A DNA stretch of 64,000 nt, taken from assembly GCA_024244705.1 (NCBI GenBank), contig JAAEOK010000042.1, forward strand, positions 88,764 to 152,763, in the 5' to 3' direction. The position numbers and the translations under genes are program-made. The notes below the pieces were generated by a model. It had not been told where the DNA came from and ran no database searches. It saw nothing but the letters and a program-made list of their open reading frames with translations. Of this stretch, positions 39,701 through 49,408 are shown piece by piece (position 1 is the stretch's first letter; each line of letters begins with the position of its first letter). The DNA comes from Alphaproteobacteria bacterium. GTDB lineage: Bacteria > Pseudomonadota > Alphaproteobacteria > JAAEOK01.

Positions 39701-41101
39701 CTAATCCGTAACGCCTGAATCGAGATCATCGCCAAGACCCCACCATTTGTCCCGGACCTCGTCGTAGTAGATCTGGGAATCATAGTAGGGCACGTCGAGG
39801 CCGAGTTGAGGAGCGGTCAGGCGGCCGATCGCCGACAAAAGATTATAGGAGGCGACCACTTCGTCGCGCCGCGCGCCGACCAGATTGACCCGGGCATCCA
39901 AATTTTCCTGCTCCGCATCGAGCACATCGAGGACCGTCCGCAGGCCGGCCTGCGCCTCCTCTTGGACGCCTTCGAGGGCGAGCGCGGTCGCGTCAGCCTC
40001 CTCCTCGAAAGCGAGGACCTGAGCGCGCGAAGTCAGGAAGTTCTCCCAAGCCTGGGTCGCCACCTCCACCGCGGCGCGTTTCGCTTCGGCGATCTCCATG
40101 CGGCGTTGGCTCACGACTTGCTTCGATTCCCGCACTCTCGAAGTCACGGATCCGGCCTGATAGATGGGAATCGTAACGGTCGCACCAATCGACGCCGATT
40201 CCGCCTCCGACGTACCCGGTGCCGGATTGTCCGCGTAACTAAGGACTCCATCCAGGGAAACCGACGGCAGCAACTCGCCAAAGACGAGGTCGACCGTATC
40301 CCGCGCCGCCGCCTCACGGTAGAGCGCCGAGACCACTGTCGGGTTGTGTGTCGCGGCCAAATTGTTGACTTCGACAACGTCCGGCGGCAGATCGTCATAG
40401 GGTAGCGGCTGTTCCAATACGCCCGGCGGCACCCCGATGACCTGCACAAAATCGGCGCGGGAGATCTCCAAATTACCTTCGGCGGCAACACGGTCGGCGA
40501 TAGCGCGGGCCAACCGGGACTCGGCTTGGGCGACATCGGTTCGTGTCACCTCTCCGACTTCGAAGCGATCACGGGTCGCCTCGAGCTCGCGCCGCAAAAC
40601 TTGTTCGTTGTTGATATTGAGTTCGAGTACCGCTTGATCCCGCAGCACGTTCATGAACGCGGTCACGGCGTCGAACAGCACCTGCTGCTCGGTCGTCACC
40701 AAATCGGCACGTCCGGCCCGAACGAGGTTCTCGGCTTGATCGGTTTGCGCCTCGGTCCGGAAGCCGCGGAACAGCGGCTGCGATACGCTCAGCGAGACGC
40801 CGGCCTCCAGGTTATCGCCCTTCGCCGTCACCCCGCCCATCACCGTGCGGGCATACTCCTCCGCCAGATTGCCGGTCGCCGTAACGGTGGGGCGCCAATT
40901 AGAGAGCGCCTGCGGTACTTGTTCGTCGGTCGACCGCAGCTGGGCGCGCTGTGCCAGCAGAGTGGGGTTGCTGAGATACGCCAGGGCCAAGGCCTCGTAC
41001 AGGGTCTGAGCATTCGCCGACCCGCCGGCCCCAAACAGGACCAGCGCGATCGCCACAACAGCACGGCAAAATCCGCCCCTGATCGCAGCCTGCGCCCTCA
41101 T
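39701..41101 (-). CDS. tolC: TolC family outer-membrane efflux protein
   Basis: Signal peptide. Repeated OEP coiled-coil/beta-barrel halves. Confidence 0.85.
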   Translation of the reverse strand: MRAQAAIRGGFCRAVVAIALVLFGAGGSANAQTLYEALALAYLSNPTLLAQRAQLRSTDEQVPQALSNWRPTVTATGNLAEEYARTVMGGVTAKGDNLEAGVSLSVSQPLFRGFRTEAQTDQAENLVRAGRADLVTTEQQVLFDAVTAFMNVLRDQAVLELNINNEQVLRRELEATRDRFEVGEVTRTDVAQAESRLARAIADRVAAEGNLEISRADFVQVIGVPPGVLEQPLPYDDLPPDVVEVNNLAATHNPTVVSALYREAAARDTVDLVFGELLPSVSLDGVLSYADNPAPGTSEAESASIGATVTIPIYQAGSVTSRVRESKQVVSQRRMEIAEAKRAAVEVATQAWENFLTSRAQVLAFEEEADATALALEGVQEEAQAGLRTVLDVLDAEQENLDARVNLVGARRDEVVASYNLLSAIGRLTAPQLGLDVPYYDSQIYYDEVRDKWWGLGDDLDSGVTD

Positions 41102-41172
41102 AATGTTCTCTCCCCCATTCTGATTGCGCAGTTTAGCATGGCGAACGATAAACGCACGCCGGAACTCTTAGG

Positions 41173-41832
41173 TCAGAACGTGAAACTGGCCGGCTTCCGG
41201 AACCCGGGAAGCAGATGGATCGCGGCGTCGAAGACGGTTCGATGCCATATCCTTCCGGCCTCTTTCAGGAACAATGTGGCGCGCCCGACGCCGCCCCCGC
41301 CGTCCGAGATCACGGCGGCGGCCCGGCCATTCTCGCCGAGCTGATCGAAATACACCGCCGGCACTTCGTCGACGGCGCCGTCGAACAGAATGACTCCGAA
41401 GGGTCCTTGCGCCGGGCAGCCGTCGGTTAGCGGGCCCTCGACCACGACGGCGTTATCAATGCCCAAAGCGACCAGAGCGTCATTCGCTTTTCGAGCCAGG
41501 GCCGGGTCGGATTCCAGCACAACAACCGTGGTGCAGATGTCTGCGAGCACCGCCGCGGAATAGCCGGTCGCCCCGCCCACGACGAGTGCTATTTCGGACG
41601 CCTCGGGAGACATTTCCTGCAACAAGCGCGCCAATACCATCGGTTCCATGAGGTAGCGGTCACGATCGATGGCGATATCCTCGTCAACATAGGCAATGCT
41701 GCGCATCGACTCGGGAACGAAATTCTCGCGCGGCACCTTGGTCAGGGCCTCGACAATCGCCGGATCGTTGACCTTGTTGGTCCGAATCTGACATTCGACC
41801 ATATGCTGACGAGCAATCGTGTAATCGGACAT
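41173..41832 (-). CDS. protein-L-isoaspartate O-methyltransferase family protein (second PIMT paralogue)
   Basis: SAM-MTase motif ALVVGGATGYSAAVLA and PIMT-like N-terminus. Start at MSDYTIARQHM. Commonly adjacent to tolC in alphaproteobacteria. Confidence 0.75.
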   Translation of the reverse strand: MSDYTIARQHMVECQIRTNKVNDPAIVEALTKVPRENFVPESMRSIAYVDEDIAIDRDRYLMEPMVLARLLQEMSPEASEIALVVGGATGYSAAVLADICTTVVVLESDPALARKANDALVALGIDNAVVVEGPLTDGCPAQGPFGVILFDGAVDEVPAVYFDQLGENGRAAAVISDGGGGVGRATLFLKEAGRIWHRTVFDAAIHLLPGFRKPASFTF

Positions 41833-42002
41833 ATGCCGATCTCCCTTGGACGAATAAGACCGCCCACGTCGATGGGCGCGAGACGAACATCCTGGGCGTT
41901 TATAGTCCCGCAATTCGGTGGATACAACGCCCCTCGGGCAAAGCCGCCTTGACCGGATGGCGCGCACTCCCTATACCACGGCGCGACTTTTCCCCACCCT
42001 CC

Positions 42003-42076
42003 GGCCGGGTGGCAGAGTGGTTATGCAGAGGACTGCAAATCCTTGTACGTCGGTTCGATTCCGGCCCCGGCCTCCA
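42003..42076 (+). tRNA. tRNA-Cys (anticodon GCA)
   Basis: Cloverleaf folded by eye: acceptor GGCCGGG/CCCGGCC, anticodon loop CUGCAAA, T-loop GGTTCGATTCC, encoded CCA. Confidence 0.85.
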
Positions 42077-42413
42077 GTCGTGCGAAAACCGCTGATCGAT
42101 AGCCCGAAATCAAAATCCGTGTGCGCCATCGCTGGCGCGAAATCGGACGCACACGAGGGGCGTTGTCGACGATACGGATTCCCGGCGGGGTCTCCGGTTC
42201 ATTGCCTCCGCCTGTTGCGCAAATCCGCAAGACCTCCCGCGCATGGAAGGTAAACCGCTCGGTGGCGCAACCGAGTGGCGCGACACGACTTGGCTGCCCG
42301 GTCCAGGGGCGACAAGAGGACTTGGCTTTCCCCAGCGGGCTGTGACAACATAAGCCGGTGGTGCGTTGATCGATGGTGTGGTTGCCGACAACCTCAGAGG
42401 GGGGCAAACAGCC

Positions 42414-43619
42414 ATGGCGAAGGCAAAATCATCACGTTATAGTCCAATTCGCAGGCTCGGCCTGACCGGCCCGCGGGCCAGAATCGAAGTCGCCACCTCG
42501 GCGGAGGATCGCCTGCCGGAAGACGATTCGCCCGATTTCACCCTGTCGCTGCCCGCGCATCCGCAATTGAGCGATACCGATATGGCCGCGCTGCGCCGCC
42601 AAGGTCTCGAGCAAGAGCTGCGGGCGCTCAAGGATGAAGAGAAGCTGGCGAAAAAGATCATGCGGCTTCAGGACGGTTTCAGCAAGAAGGTCGCGCAGAC
42701 CGTCGGCCTACAGGCCTGGTCCGCATTACGTGCCGAGATCATGCGTGACCGGGCCAGGCTCCACCGCCTGCGGCTCAGCGATACGGCGACCGGTACGACG
42801 GATGAGGACGAAGACGAAAAACGCCGCGCGGCGGCGGCCGATCGCTACGAGGCCGCGCTGCGCCGCGCCGGTTTAGATTCCGCCGACCTTCGTCAGGCGA
42901 CGACGGGCTACCGGAAAGCGCTCGGCGCTGCGTTCGCGGGGGCCGCCGCTCCCGACCCATCTATCCAGATGATTTCCCGCGAGTGGGGCCTGCCAACCGG
43001 CGAACCTCAAGACACGCGCCAGATATGGGACAGTTTCTTCTACCACCGGACACGAACCCAAAAGGGTGGCGATCGGGATCTGTTACAACCGTTTGTCGAG
43101 GCCAATCGGGAGACCGGCAGGCTCCGCGTCGACCATGTCTGGGAAAACCATGATTCCGGCAACGCCGATGCCTTCTGGTTCTGGGGCACGAGTCAGTTGG
43201 GCGAGGTGCTTTGGCTGAATGCCGGCGAATCTTTCTCGCTCGAGGTCACCATCCGGTGCGTTCACACGGTCTACGAGGTCTTTGGCAAGGACGAGTGGGG
43301 TTGGTCGGATGCCTATTATTCCGGCCGTACGATTCTACTGATCGAGGTCGGGCCCCATCAGCACCGAGCCGACATCTGGGCCCATTCTGGCGGCACCGTC
43401 GGGCATCGGCTCATTACCCCGGTGGCCCAGGGTGAGGTGCGCACCTTTCGTATCGATAATATCGGTCCAATCGCAGCCGGCGGTTTCTACATCGTTTGGT
43501 CGGGGCTGCGCCAAATCCAGTGGAGCGAACAGAACGACTTTTCGCTCAATATCTTGCACCGCGACCGGTGGAAGCTGGTCAGCGTGAAAGTCATTCAACG
43601 GGCCAATCAGCGGCCATAA
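42414..43619 (+). CDS. hypothetical protein (coiled-coil/charged N-terminal half plus Trp-rich C-terminal domain). No recognisable family.
   Basis: Long ORF with normal local GC. Start assigned to MAKAKSSRY. Confidence 0.45.
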   Translation: MAKAKSSRYSPIRRLGLTGPRARIEVATSAEDRLPEDDSPDFTLSLPAHPQLSDTDMAALRRQGLEQELRALKDEEKLAKKIMRLQDGFSKKVAQTVGLQAWSALRAEIMRDRARLHRLRLSDTATGTTDEDEDEKRRAAAADRYEAALRRAGLDSADLRQATTGYRKALGAAFAGAAAPDPSIQMISREWGLPTGEPQDTRQIWDSFFYHRTRTQKGGDRDLLQPFVEANRETGRLRVDHVWENHDSGNADAFWFWGTSQLGEVLWLNAGESFSLEVTIRCVHTVYEVFGKDEWGWSDAYYSGRTILLIEVGPHQHRADIWAHSGGTVGHRLITPVAQGEVRTFRIDNIGPIAAGGFYIVWSGLRQIQWSEQNDFSLNILHRDRWKLVSVKVIQRANQRP

Positions 43620-43631
43620 CTCGCGGCCAGT

Positions 43632-44270
43632 TTATCTCTCGAGGACGACCTTGACCTCGTGGCCCGAGACCGTGTTCTCGAACTGAACCAGTTCTTTCTT
43701 CGTGTTAAACCATAAAGATGCCTTCCAACTGCCTGTAAAATCGAATCTTTCCGTCTCAATTGATTGTTTATCGGATTTCAGGGTTTCGTTCTTTTTCGAT
43801 ACCGAAACCTGCCAGACCGATAGGTCCTTCATGTCGAAAATCGCCGATGCCGTGGTAATGCCGTAGTGCCAGAACGCGCTGGGAAACGCGGTCACGGGAA
43901 GCTCCACCGGTTTGCCGTTCAGGGTGGCCTCGTATCCCGACTTGGTCCGTTTCACCGTGGCCTCGTATTTGGTCCCGTCATCGTCGGTTTCGGCGTGCAT
44001 GGATTGCAGCTCTCCGTCCTCCCAGTCTTCGTGGATCGTTTGCGTGAAACTGTAGACATCGATGCCGAGCACGGACATCGATGCATTCGATTTCAGGGTC
44101 TCGACATCATCGTTATCTCCGCGCGTCTCGGTAAGGTGGATTTGGCCAACCTTGTCGTCATCGATATAAACCGACGCGAAGAAGTTCGCCGCTTTGGCGG
44201 TATCCGCGCCGGCGTCATGGGGCATGACCAAGGTGACCGTAGTCGCGAACAGCAATGCGAAGAGTCTCAT
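43632..44270 (-). CDS. hypothetical secreted protein (signal peptide, beta-rich). Markedly lower GC than the surroundings.
   Basis: Signal peptide MRLFALLFATTVTLVMPHDAGA. AT-richer codon usage is visible. Confidence 0.45.
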   Translation of the reverse strand: MRLFALLFATTVTLVMPHDAGADTAKAANFFASVYIDDDKVGQIHLTETRGDNDDVETLKSNASMSVLGIDVYSFTQTIHEDWEDGELQSMHAETDDDGTKYEATVKRTKSGYEATLNGKPVELPVTAFPSAFWHYGITTASAIFDMKDLSVWQVSVSKKNETLKSDKQSIETERFDFTGSWKASLWFNTKKELVQFENTVSGHEVKVVLER

Positions 44271-44367
44271 CACCGGATATCCTCCTATGTTGCCTGCTCG
44301 GCCGGCCCTAAACCGCCCTGATTTGTCCGCCGGGGCAGCACCACGGTTTCGCCCTCCGGGCCCGAGT

Positions 44368-45339
44368 TCAATTCGAGACATCGTAAGCCTCGACTGCGTC
44401 GGTCAGCGAAATCACCGTCCGAGCGCCGGCCTCCTCGCCCCCGCCGACAACATACCACCGGCTGCCGACGATGGCCGAGGTCAGGCCGTGCCGGGGAGTC
44501 GGCATATCCGCCTGGGTCGACCATGTGTCGGTCTCGGGGTCGTAGACCTCATGCGCGGCAAAGGTCCATCCGGGCGAGAACGCCTCACCGCCGGTGACGT
44601 GAAGCCGACCGTCCAAAGCCCCGGCCGCAAGCCCGCCTCGCGGCGTCGGCATGTCCGCCGCCCCACGCCATCGATCCGTCACCGGGTCGTAGATTTCGAG
44701 TGTTGACCGGTTGCCGGCGCCAAATCCGCGGCCACCGACGACATAGAGTTCGCCGCCGAGGACCGCCGCGCTCAGGTGCTCGCGCGCGGTTGGAAGCGGA
44801 GCTCGCGACGTATCCCAGATTCCCGTCTGCGGATCGAAAACCTGCATTTTCCGATGCTCGGGCCCGACGCCACCGACCACGAACAGCTTGCCATCCAGCG
44901 CCGCCATGGCGTGGGCGGCTCGGGGCAGCGGCATCGGCGGTTCTTCGCGCCAACGCCTGGTCTGGGGGTCATAGGAGAACATCGCCGTTCGATCGGGATC
45001 GAAAGCAATGCTGTCGTAGCCGCCGGTGACGTAAATCCTGCCGGCCAATCCGGCCATGCCGAGATGATGCAGGGTTTCGGGCATCGCCGGCAGCTCTTCC
45101 CAAGATTCCGACCGAGGATCGAAGGCCTCGAAAGTCGCCGTGGTGCCGAACAGGGTCAGACCGCCGCCGACATAGATCCGGTCACCCACGACCGCCGCCG
45201 CGATTTCCGACTGGGCGGTCGACATTTGCGGCGCGGTGGCCCATTCGCCCGCAGCCGCCGATCCCACGGCCGCGGCAAATACGAATTGGCAGAGCACACC
45301 GGCACGAAACAAAGACATGCCCGGATCATAGTTCGCCAT
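44368..45339 (-). CDS. Kelch-repeat (galactose-oxidase-like beta-propeller) protein, secreted
   Basis: Signal peptide. About 6 Kelch-like blades (repeated GG...YV.GG, W...P.P.PR motifs). Confidence 0.7.
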   Translation of the reverse strand: MANYDPGMSLFRAGVLCQFVFAAAVGSAAAGEWATAPQMSTAQSEIAAAVVGDRIYVGGGLTLFGTTATFEAFDPRSESWEELPAMPETLHHLGMAGLAGRIYVTGGYDSIAFDPDRTAMFSYDPQTRRWREEPPMPLPRAAHAMAALDGKLFVVGGVGPEHRKMQVFDPQTGIWDTSRAPLPTAREHLSAAVLGGELYVVGGRGFGAGNRSTLEIYDPVTDRWRGAADMPTPRGGLAAGALDGRLHVTGGEAFSPGWTFAAHEVYDPETDTWSTQADMPTPRHGLTSAIVGSRWYVVGGGEEAGARTVISLTDAVEAYDVSN

Positions 45340-45494
45340 GTCGCGATTGTCGCGATCGGCGTGACGGAGAGTCCCGTTCGGCAATCGCAATCGGCAGCCA
45401 CCACCGGGCCCGACGGTGTTGCCAACGCAGCCGCCGCCCTGCTATAAGGCCGCGCCGTCAACGGCCGTATTGCGGACGGTCGATTTCGACCTGA

Positions 45495-45570
45495 TCCCCG
45501 GTAGCTCAGTTGGTAGAGCGGGTGGCTGTTAACCACCATGTCGCTGGTTCGAGTCCGGCCCGGGGAGCCA
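45495..45570 (+). tRNA. tRNA-Asn (anticodon GUU)
   Basis: Acceptor TCCCCGG/CCGGGGA, anticodon loop CUGUUAA, GGTTCGAGTCC T-loop, CCA encoded. Followed by a GC-rich segment plus T7 run (likely terminator). Confidence 0.9.
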
Positions 45571-45865
45571 ACCAATCTAGGGCGTTGGGCAGCCGAGCTC
45601 AGCCCTTTTTTTGATTCCTGCGTAAGGGCCGACCGGCCCATCCTGCCGGATCTGAACCGACTTTCGCTCCAACTGCCATGTTTGCTACGCTACCAATGGT
45701 CGCACATGGTCATGCGGGGAAATTCGGATCCATGAACGATTGTTCTCAGTAAGTTACGAATGTTGCGGTCGAGACGCCGGCCAGACAGTCACGAAAGACA
45801 CCATCGGCGAGGACTGGTCAAAATGCTGAACGATCGTCGCGTAAGAGTGTAAGGGGGAAGCCGCC

Positions 45866-47575
45866 ATGGAATTCATCGATCGCATTTTCGATGCGGCGCC
45901 CATATTGGCGATCTTCGTCACGATTGCCGTCGGCTTCTCGATCGGAAAGCTGACGATCGGAAAGTTCGTGCTCGGCGGAATTGCCGGCACCTTGATCGCC
46001 GGTGTCGTGATCGGACAGCTCGACGTCAAAGTCGATGACAACCTCAAGAACATCTTCTTTGCGTTATTTATCTATGCCGTCGGCTATCAGGGCGGCCCGC
46101 AATTCTTCCATGCCCTCAACCTGCGCACGCTCAACCAGCTCGCGTCCGCCGCCGTCATGTGCATCGTTGGATTGCTCTGCGTGCTTGCCGCGGCGTGGAT
46201 GTTCGATCTCGACCGCGGAACGGCGGCCGGCCTAGCGGCCGGTGGGCTGACCCAATCGGCGATCCTCGGCACGGCGGGCGATTCCCTGGCCAAGCTCAAC
46301 GTTTCGCCGGAGCTGATCAAGGCGATGCAAACCAATCTCGCGGTCGGCTATGCGGTCTGCTACATCTTCGGCAACCTGGGTCCGATCATCATGGTTACCT
46401 GGTTCTTCCCGACGATCATGAAGTGGGACATCCGGCAGGAGGCGCTCAAACTCGCCAAGGATATGTCGGGGGGCCGGGCCGAAATCGAGCCGGGGCAATT
46501 CAACATGGCCGTTACCGTAACGACTCGGTTCTATGAAGTCACCGGCGACGGCAAGGCAAACGGCAAGACGGCGCTCGAGATCGACGGCGCGCTTTCCGAC
46601 GCTGCCGTCGAAGTATTGCTTCGGGACGGCAAGAAGATCGAGTTCGACAACGACTCCAAGGTCATGGCGGGCGATATCGTCGGAATCACCGGAAAGGTCC
46701 CTGTCCTGGAATCGGCAAGCGATTATTTCGGCCACGAAGTCGTCGCCCCGGATGATTTCGAACTGGTCGAGGAACAGCGCCACGTGGTTTTGACCAACCG
46801 CAAGCTCCACGGCCGGACGATCAAGCAATTGCACGACCATGTCGGCGTCGAAACTCGTCACGGCGTGTTCGTGGTCGGCGTCAATCGCATGGGCCGGCAC
46901 CTCCCCCTCTATCCCAACCTCGAATTGCATACCGGCGACGAGATGCGCCTGATTGGCCGCACCAAGGACCTCGATCGCGTCCAGTCGCAGATCGGGTACA
47001 AGATCTCTGCGGCAGCGATTACCGATTTCATCTTCTTCGGCATCGGAATGGGGATTGGCGTCCTCCTCGGCATGCTCCAGTTCAAGGTCGCCGGCATCCC
47101 GGTGACGATCGGCGCCGGCGGCGGCTGTCTCCTGTCGGGGCTGTTCTTCGGCTGGCTGCGCAGCGTCCACCCGCGTTTCGCCGCGCTGCCGATGGGGGCG
47201 TCGAATTACCTCCGCGATTTCGGCCTCGCCGTCTTCGTCGGCGTCGTCGGCCTGACCGCGGGGCCCCAGGCTTTGGTCACCTTGGAGCAATACGGCCTGT
47301 TGTTGCTCTTTCTCGGTGCCGGCGTGACCCTGATTCCGCAGCTCATCGTTTTCCCCTTCTCCTATTTCGTCCTGCGCATCAGAAACCCGATCGAGGCCCT
47401 CGCCTGCGTCGCCGGCGGACGCAGCGCGAACCCCACTTTCGCCGCCCTGCTGGCGAAGGCCGGCAACGCGACGCCGGTCGTTACGTTTACCGTGACCTAT
47501 GCGGTCGCCAACGTATTGCTCACATTGTGGGGGCCGCTCATCGTCGGCTTCATTACCACCAATCCCGCCCCATAG
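45866..47575 (+). CDS. aspT: aspartate:alanine antiporter (AAE family, AspT/YidE/YbjL-like) with two central TrkA_C (RCK_C) domains
   Basis: Duplicated 5-6 TM halves flanking two RCK_C-like domains. Adjacent to asdA. Confidence 0.8.
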   Translation: MEFIDRIFDAAPILAIFVTIAVGFSIGKLTIGKFVLGGIAGTLIAGVVIGQLDVKVDDNLKNIFFALFIYAVGYQGGPQFFHALNLRTLNQLASAAVMCIVGLLCVLAAAWMFDLDRGTAAGLAAGGLTQSAILGTAGDSLAKLNVSPELIKAMQTNLAVGYAVCYIFGNLGPIIMVTWFFPTIMKWDIRQEALKLAKDMSGGRAEIEPGQFNMAVTVTTRFYEVTGDGKANGKTALEIDGALSDAAVEVLLRDGKKIEFDNDSKVMAGDIVGITGKVPVLESASDYFGHEVVAPDDFELVEEQRHVVLTNRKLHGRTIKQLHDHVGVETRHGVFVVGVNRMGRHLPLYPNLELHTGDEMRLIGRTKDLDRVQSQIGYKISAAAITDFIFFGIGMGIGVLLGMLQFKVAGIPVTIGAGGGCLLSGLFFGWLRSVHPRFAALPMGASNYLRDFGLAVFVGVVGLTAGPQALVTLEQYGLLLLFLGAGVTLIPQLIVFPFSYFVLRIRNPIEALACVAGGRSANPTFAALLAKAGNATPVVTFTVTYAVANVLLTLWGPLIVGFITTNPAP

Positions 47576-47597
47576 ACCGGCGTAGAGAGGACATCCC

Positions 47598-49193
47598 ATG
47601 TCGGAGCACGATTACAGCCAGTTCGCCGATTTGAGTCCGTTCGAACTAAAGAACAAGCTGATCGAGATCGCCTCGACCGACTCGGAACGCATGATGCTGA
47701 ACGCCGGTCGCGGCAATCCGAACTTTCTCGCGACCCTGCCGCGGCGCGCCTTCCTGCGCCTCGGTGACTTTGCCCTCCAGGAGGCCGAGCGGTCCTACGC
47801 CTATCTGGACAGCGGTTACGGCGGCCTGCCGGAGCGGACGGGGATCGTCGAAAGGTTTCATGCCTACGCCCATCACCACCTGGACACCGAGGGCGTACGC
47901 TTTCTGGAATCGGCGGTCTCCTACGTTCGCGATCAGATGGGGCTGGATCGCGAGGGCTTCCTCTTCGAGGCGGTTGGCGCGTTCCTCGGCTGCACCTATC
48001 CGACCCCGCCGCGCATGCTTCGGCACTGCGAAGAGATCGTGAAAGCCTACCTTTCGAAGGAGATGTATGGCCAGAAAGCCCGAGGCGGGGACTTCTCGCT
48101 GTTCGCCACGGAAGGCGGAACGGCGGCGATGACCTACATATTCCAAACCTTGCGGGAGAATAGGCTGATCGCCCCGGGCGAGAAGATCGCCCTGGGCACG
48201 CCGATCTTCTCGCCTTACCTGGAGATACCGCCGCTCGCCGACTATCAGTTGGAAATCGTCGATGTCCGGATGGATGAGGATGCCGACTGGCAATACCCCG
48301 AAGCCGAGTTGCGAAAGCTCGAGGATCCGGCGATCAAGTTCCTTTGCGTGGTCAATCCGAGCAACCCGCCGTCGGTGAAGATCTCGAACACCGGACTGGA
48401 CCAAATCTCAAAACTGATCGCCACCAAGCGTCCTAATCTCATTGTCGTTACCGACGATGTCTATGGGACCTTCGCGGACAATTTCGTTTCGCTGTTCGCG
48501 ACCTGCCCGCGCAACACGCTGTGCGTTTACTCGTTCTCCAAATATTTCGGCGCGACCGGATGGCGGCTCGGCGTCATCGGATTGCACGAGGACAACGTGC
48601 TGGACGACGCGCTGGCGGCGCTGCCGGAGGACTCGAAGAAGGCGCTCGATGCGCGCTATTCATCGCTGACCACCGAGCCGCGGGCCTTACGCTTCATCGA
48701 TCGCCTGGTTGCCGACAGCCGAACCGTCGCGTTGAATCATACGGCTGGACTTTCGGTGCCGCAGCAATTGCAGATGATGCTATTCGCGCTCAACGGGTTG
48801 ATGGATCGGGGCGACCGCTACAAGAATTCGGCCAAGGCACTCATCCGCGACCGTTACCGGACCCTGTGGGAGAATATGGGGCTTGACCCCCATCGCGAAC
48901 CGGATGACGTCAACTATTACACGTTGATCGACCTGCAGAAGCTCGGCGAAAAACTCTACGGCAAGGCGTTCGCAACCTGGTTCCGCAAGGGCAACAAGGG
49001 CACCGACTTCCTCTTTCGCTTGGCCAAGGAGACCGGTGTCGTGTTGTTGCCGGGCAAGGGCTTCGAGGTCGTCGATTCGTCGGCGCGCGTGTCGCTGGCG
49101 AACCTGACAGAAGCCGATTACATCGCGATCGGATCGCTCGCCCGAAAGGTGCTCGACGAGTACCACGCCGATTTCGAGCAGGGAGGCGCTTGA
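47598..49193 (+). CDS. asdA: bifunctional aspartate transaminase / L-aspartate 4-(beta)-decarboxylase
   Basis: About 530-aa fold-type I PLP enzyme with PLP-Lys context SFSKYFGATGWRLG. Paired with aspT as in the described Asp decarboxylation/antiport operon. Confidence 0.8.
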   Translation: MSEHDYSQFADLSPFELKNKLIEIASTDSERMMLNAGRGNPNFLATLPRRAFLRLGDFALQEAERSYAYLDSGYGGLPERTGIVERFHAYAHHHLDTEGVRFLESAVSYVRDQMGLDREGFLFEAVGAFLGCTYPTPPRMLRHCEEIVKAYLSKEMYGQKARGGDFSLFATEGGTAAMTYIFQTLRENRLIAPGEKIALGTPIFSPYLEIPPLADYQLEIVDVRMDEDADWQYPEAELRKLEDPAIKFLCVVNPSNPPSVKISNTGLDQISKLIATKRPNLIVVTDDVYGTFADNFVSLFATCPRNTLCVYSFSKYFGATGWRLGVIGLHEDNVLDDALAALPEDSKKALDARYSSLTTEPRALRFIDRLVADSRTVALNHTAGLSVPQQLQMMLFALNGLMDRGDRYKNSAKALIRDRYRTLWENMGLDPHREPDDVNYYTLIDLQKLGEKLYGKAFATWFRKGNKGTDFLFRLAKETGVVLLPGKGFEVVDSSARVSLANLTEADYIAIGSLARKVLDEYHADFEQGGA

Positions 49194-49408
49194 CCACTCG
49201 TCAACACCGCGGCCGATGGCCGCATGGCTGGGTCGTTTCTTCTTGGCGAGGTCGTGGCGTTCAAATGGCTGCAATCACCGGCCAGACCGTCCGCGCGCCG
49301 CGGTTTGCGGCGACCCGCCTCCCGCCTCAGAATTTGCTGCTCTTGCTTAGAATACAATACCTGCAATCTCCTTTGTTCAAGACATACGGAGAATAATGCA
49401 ACGTCGAG

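Noticed and set aside
42077-42413. Possible att-site direct repeat of the tRNA-Cys 3' end, or an integrase remnant downstream of tRNA-Cys
   Set aside because: No copy of the tRNA 3' terminal 15-20 nt and no integrase-like ORF was found by eye between tRNA-Cys and tRNA-Asn. The island hypothesis is kept only as a compositional/positional inference.
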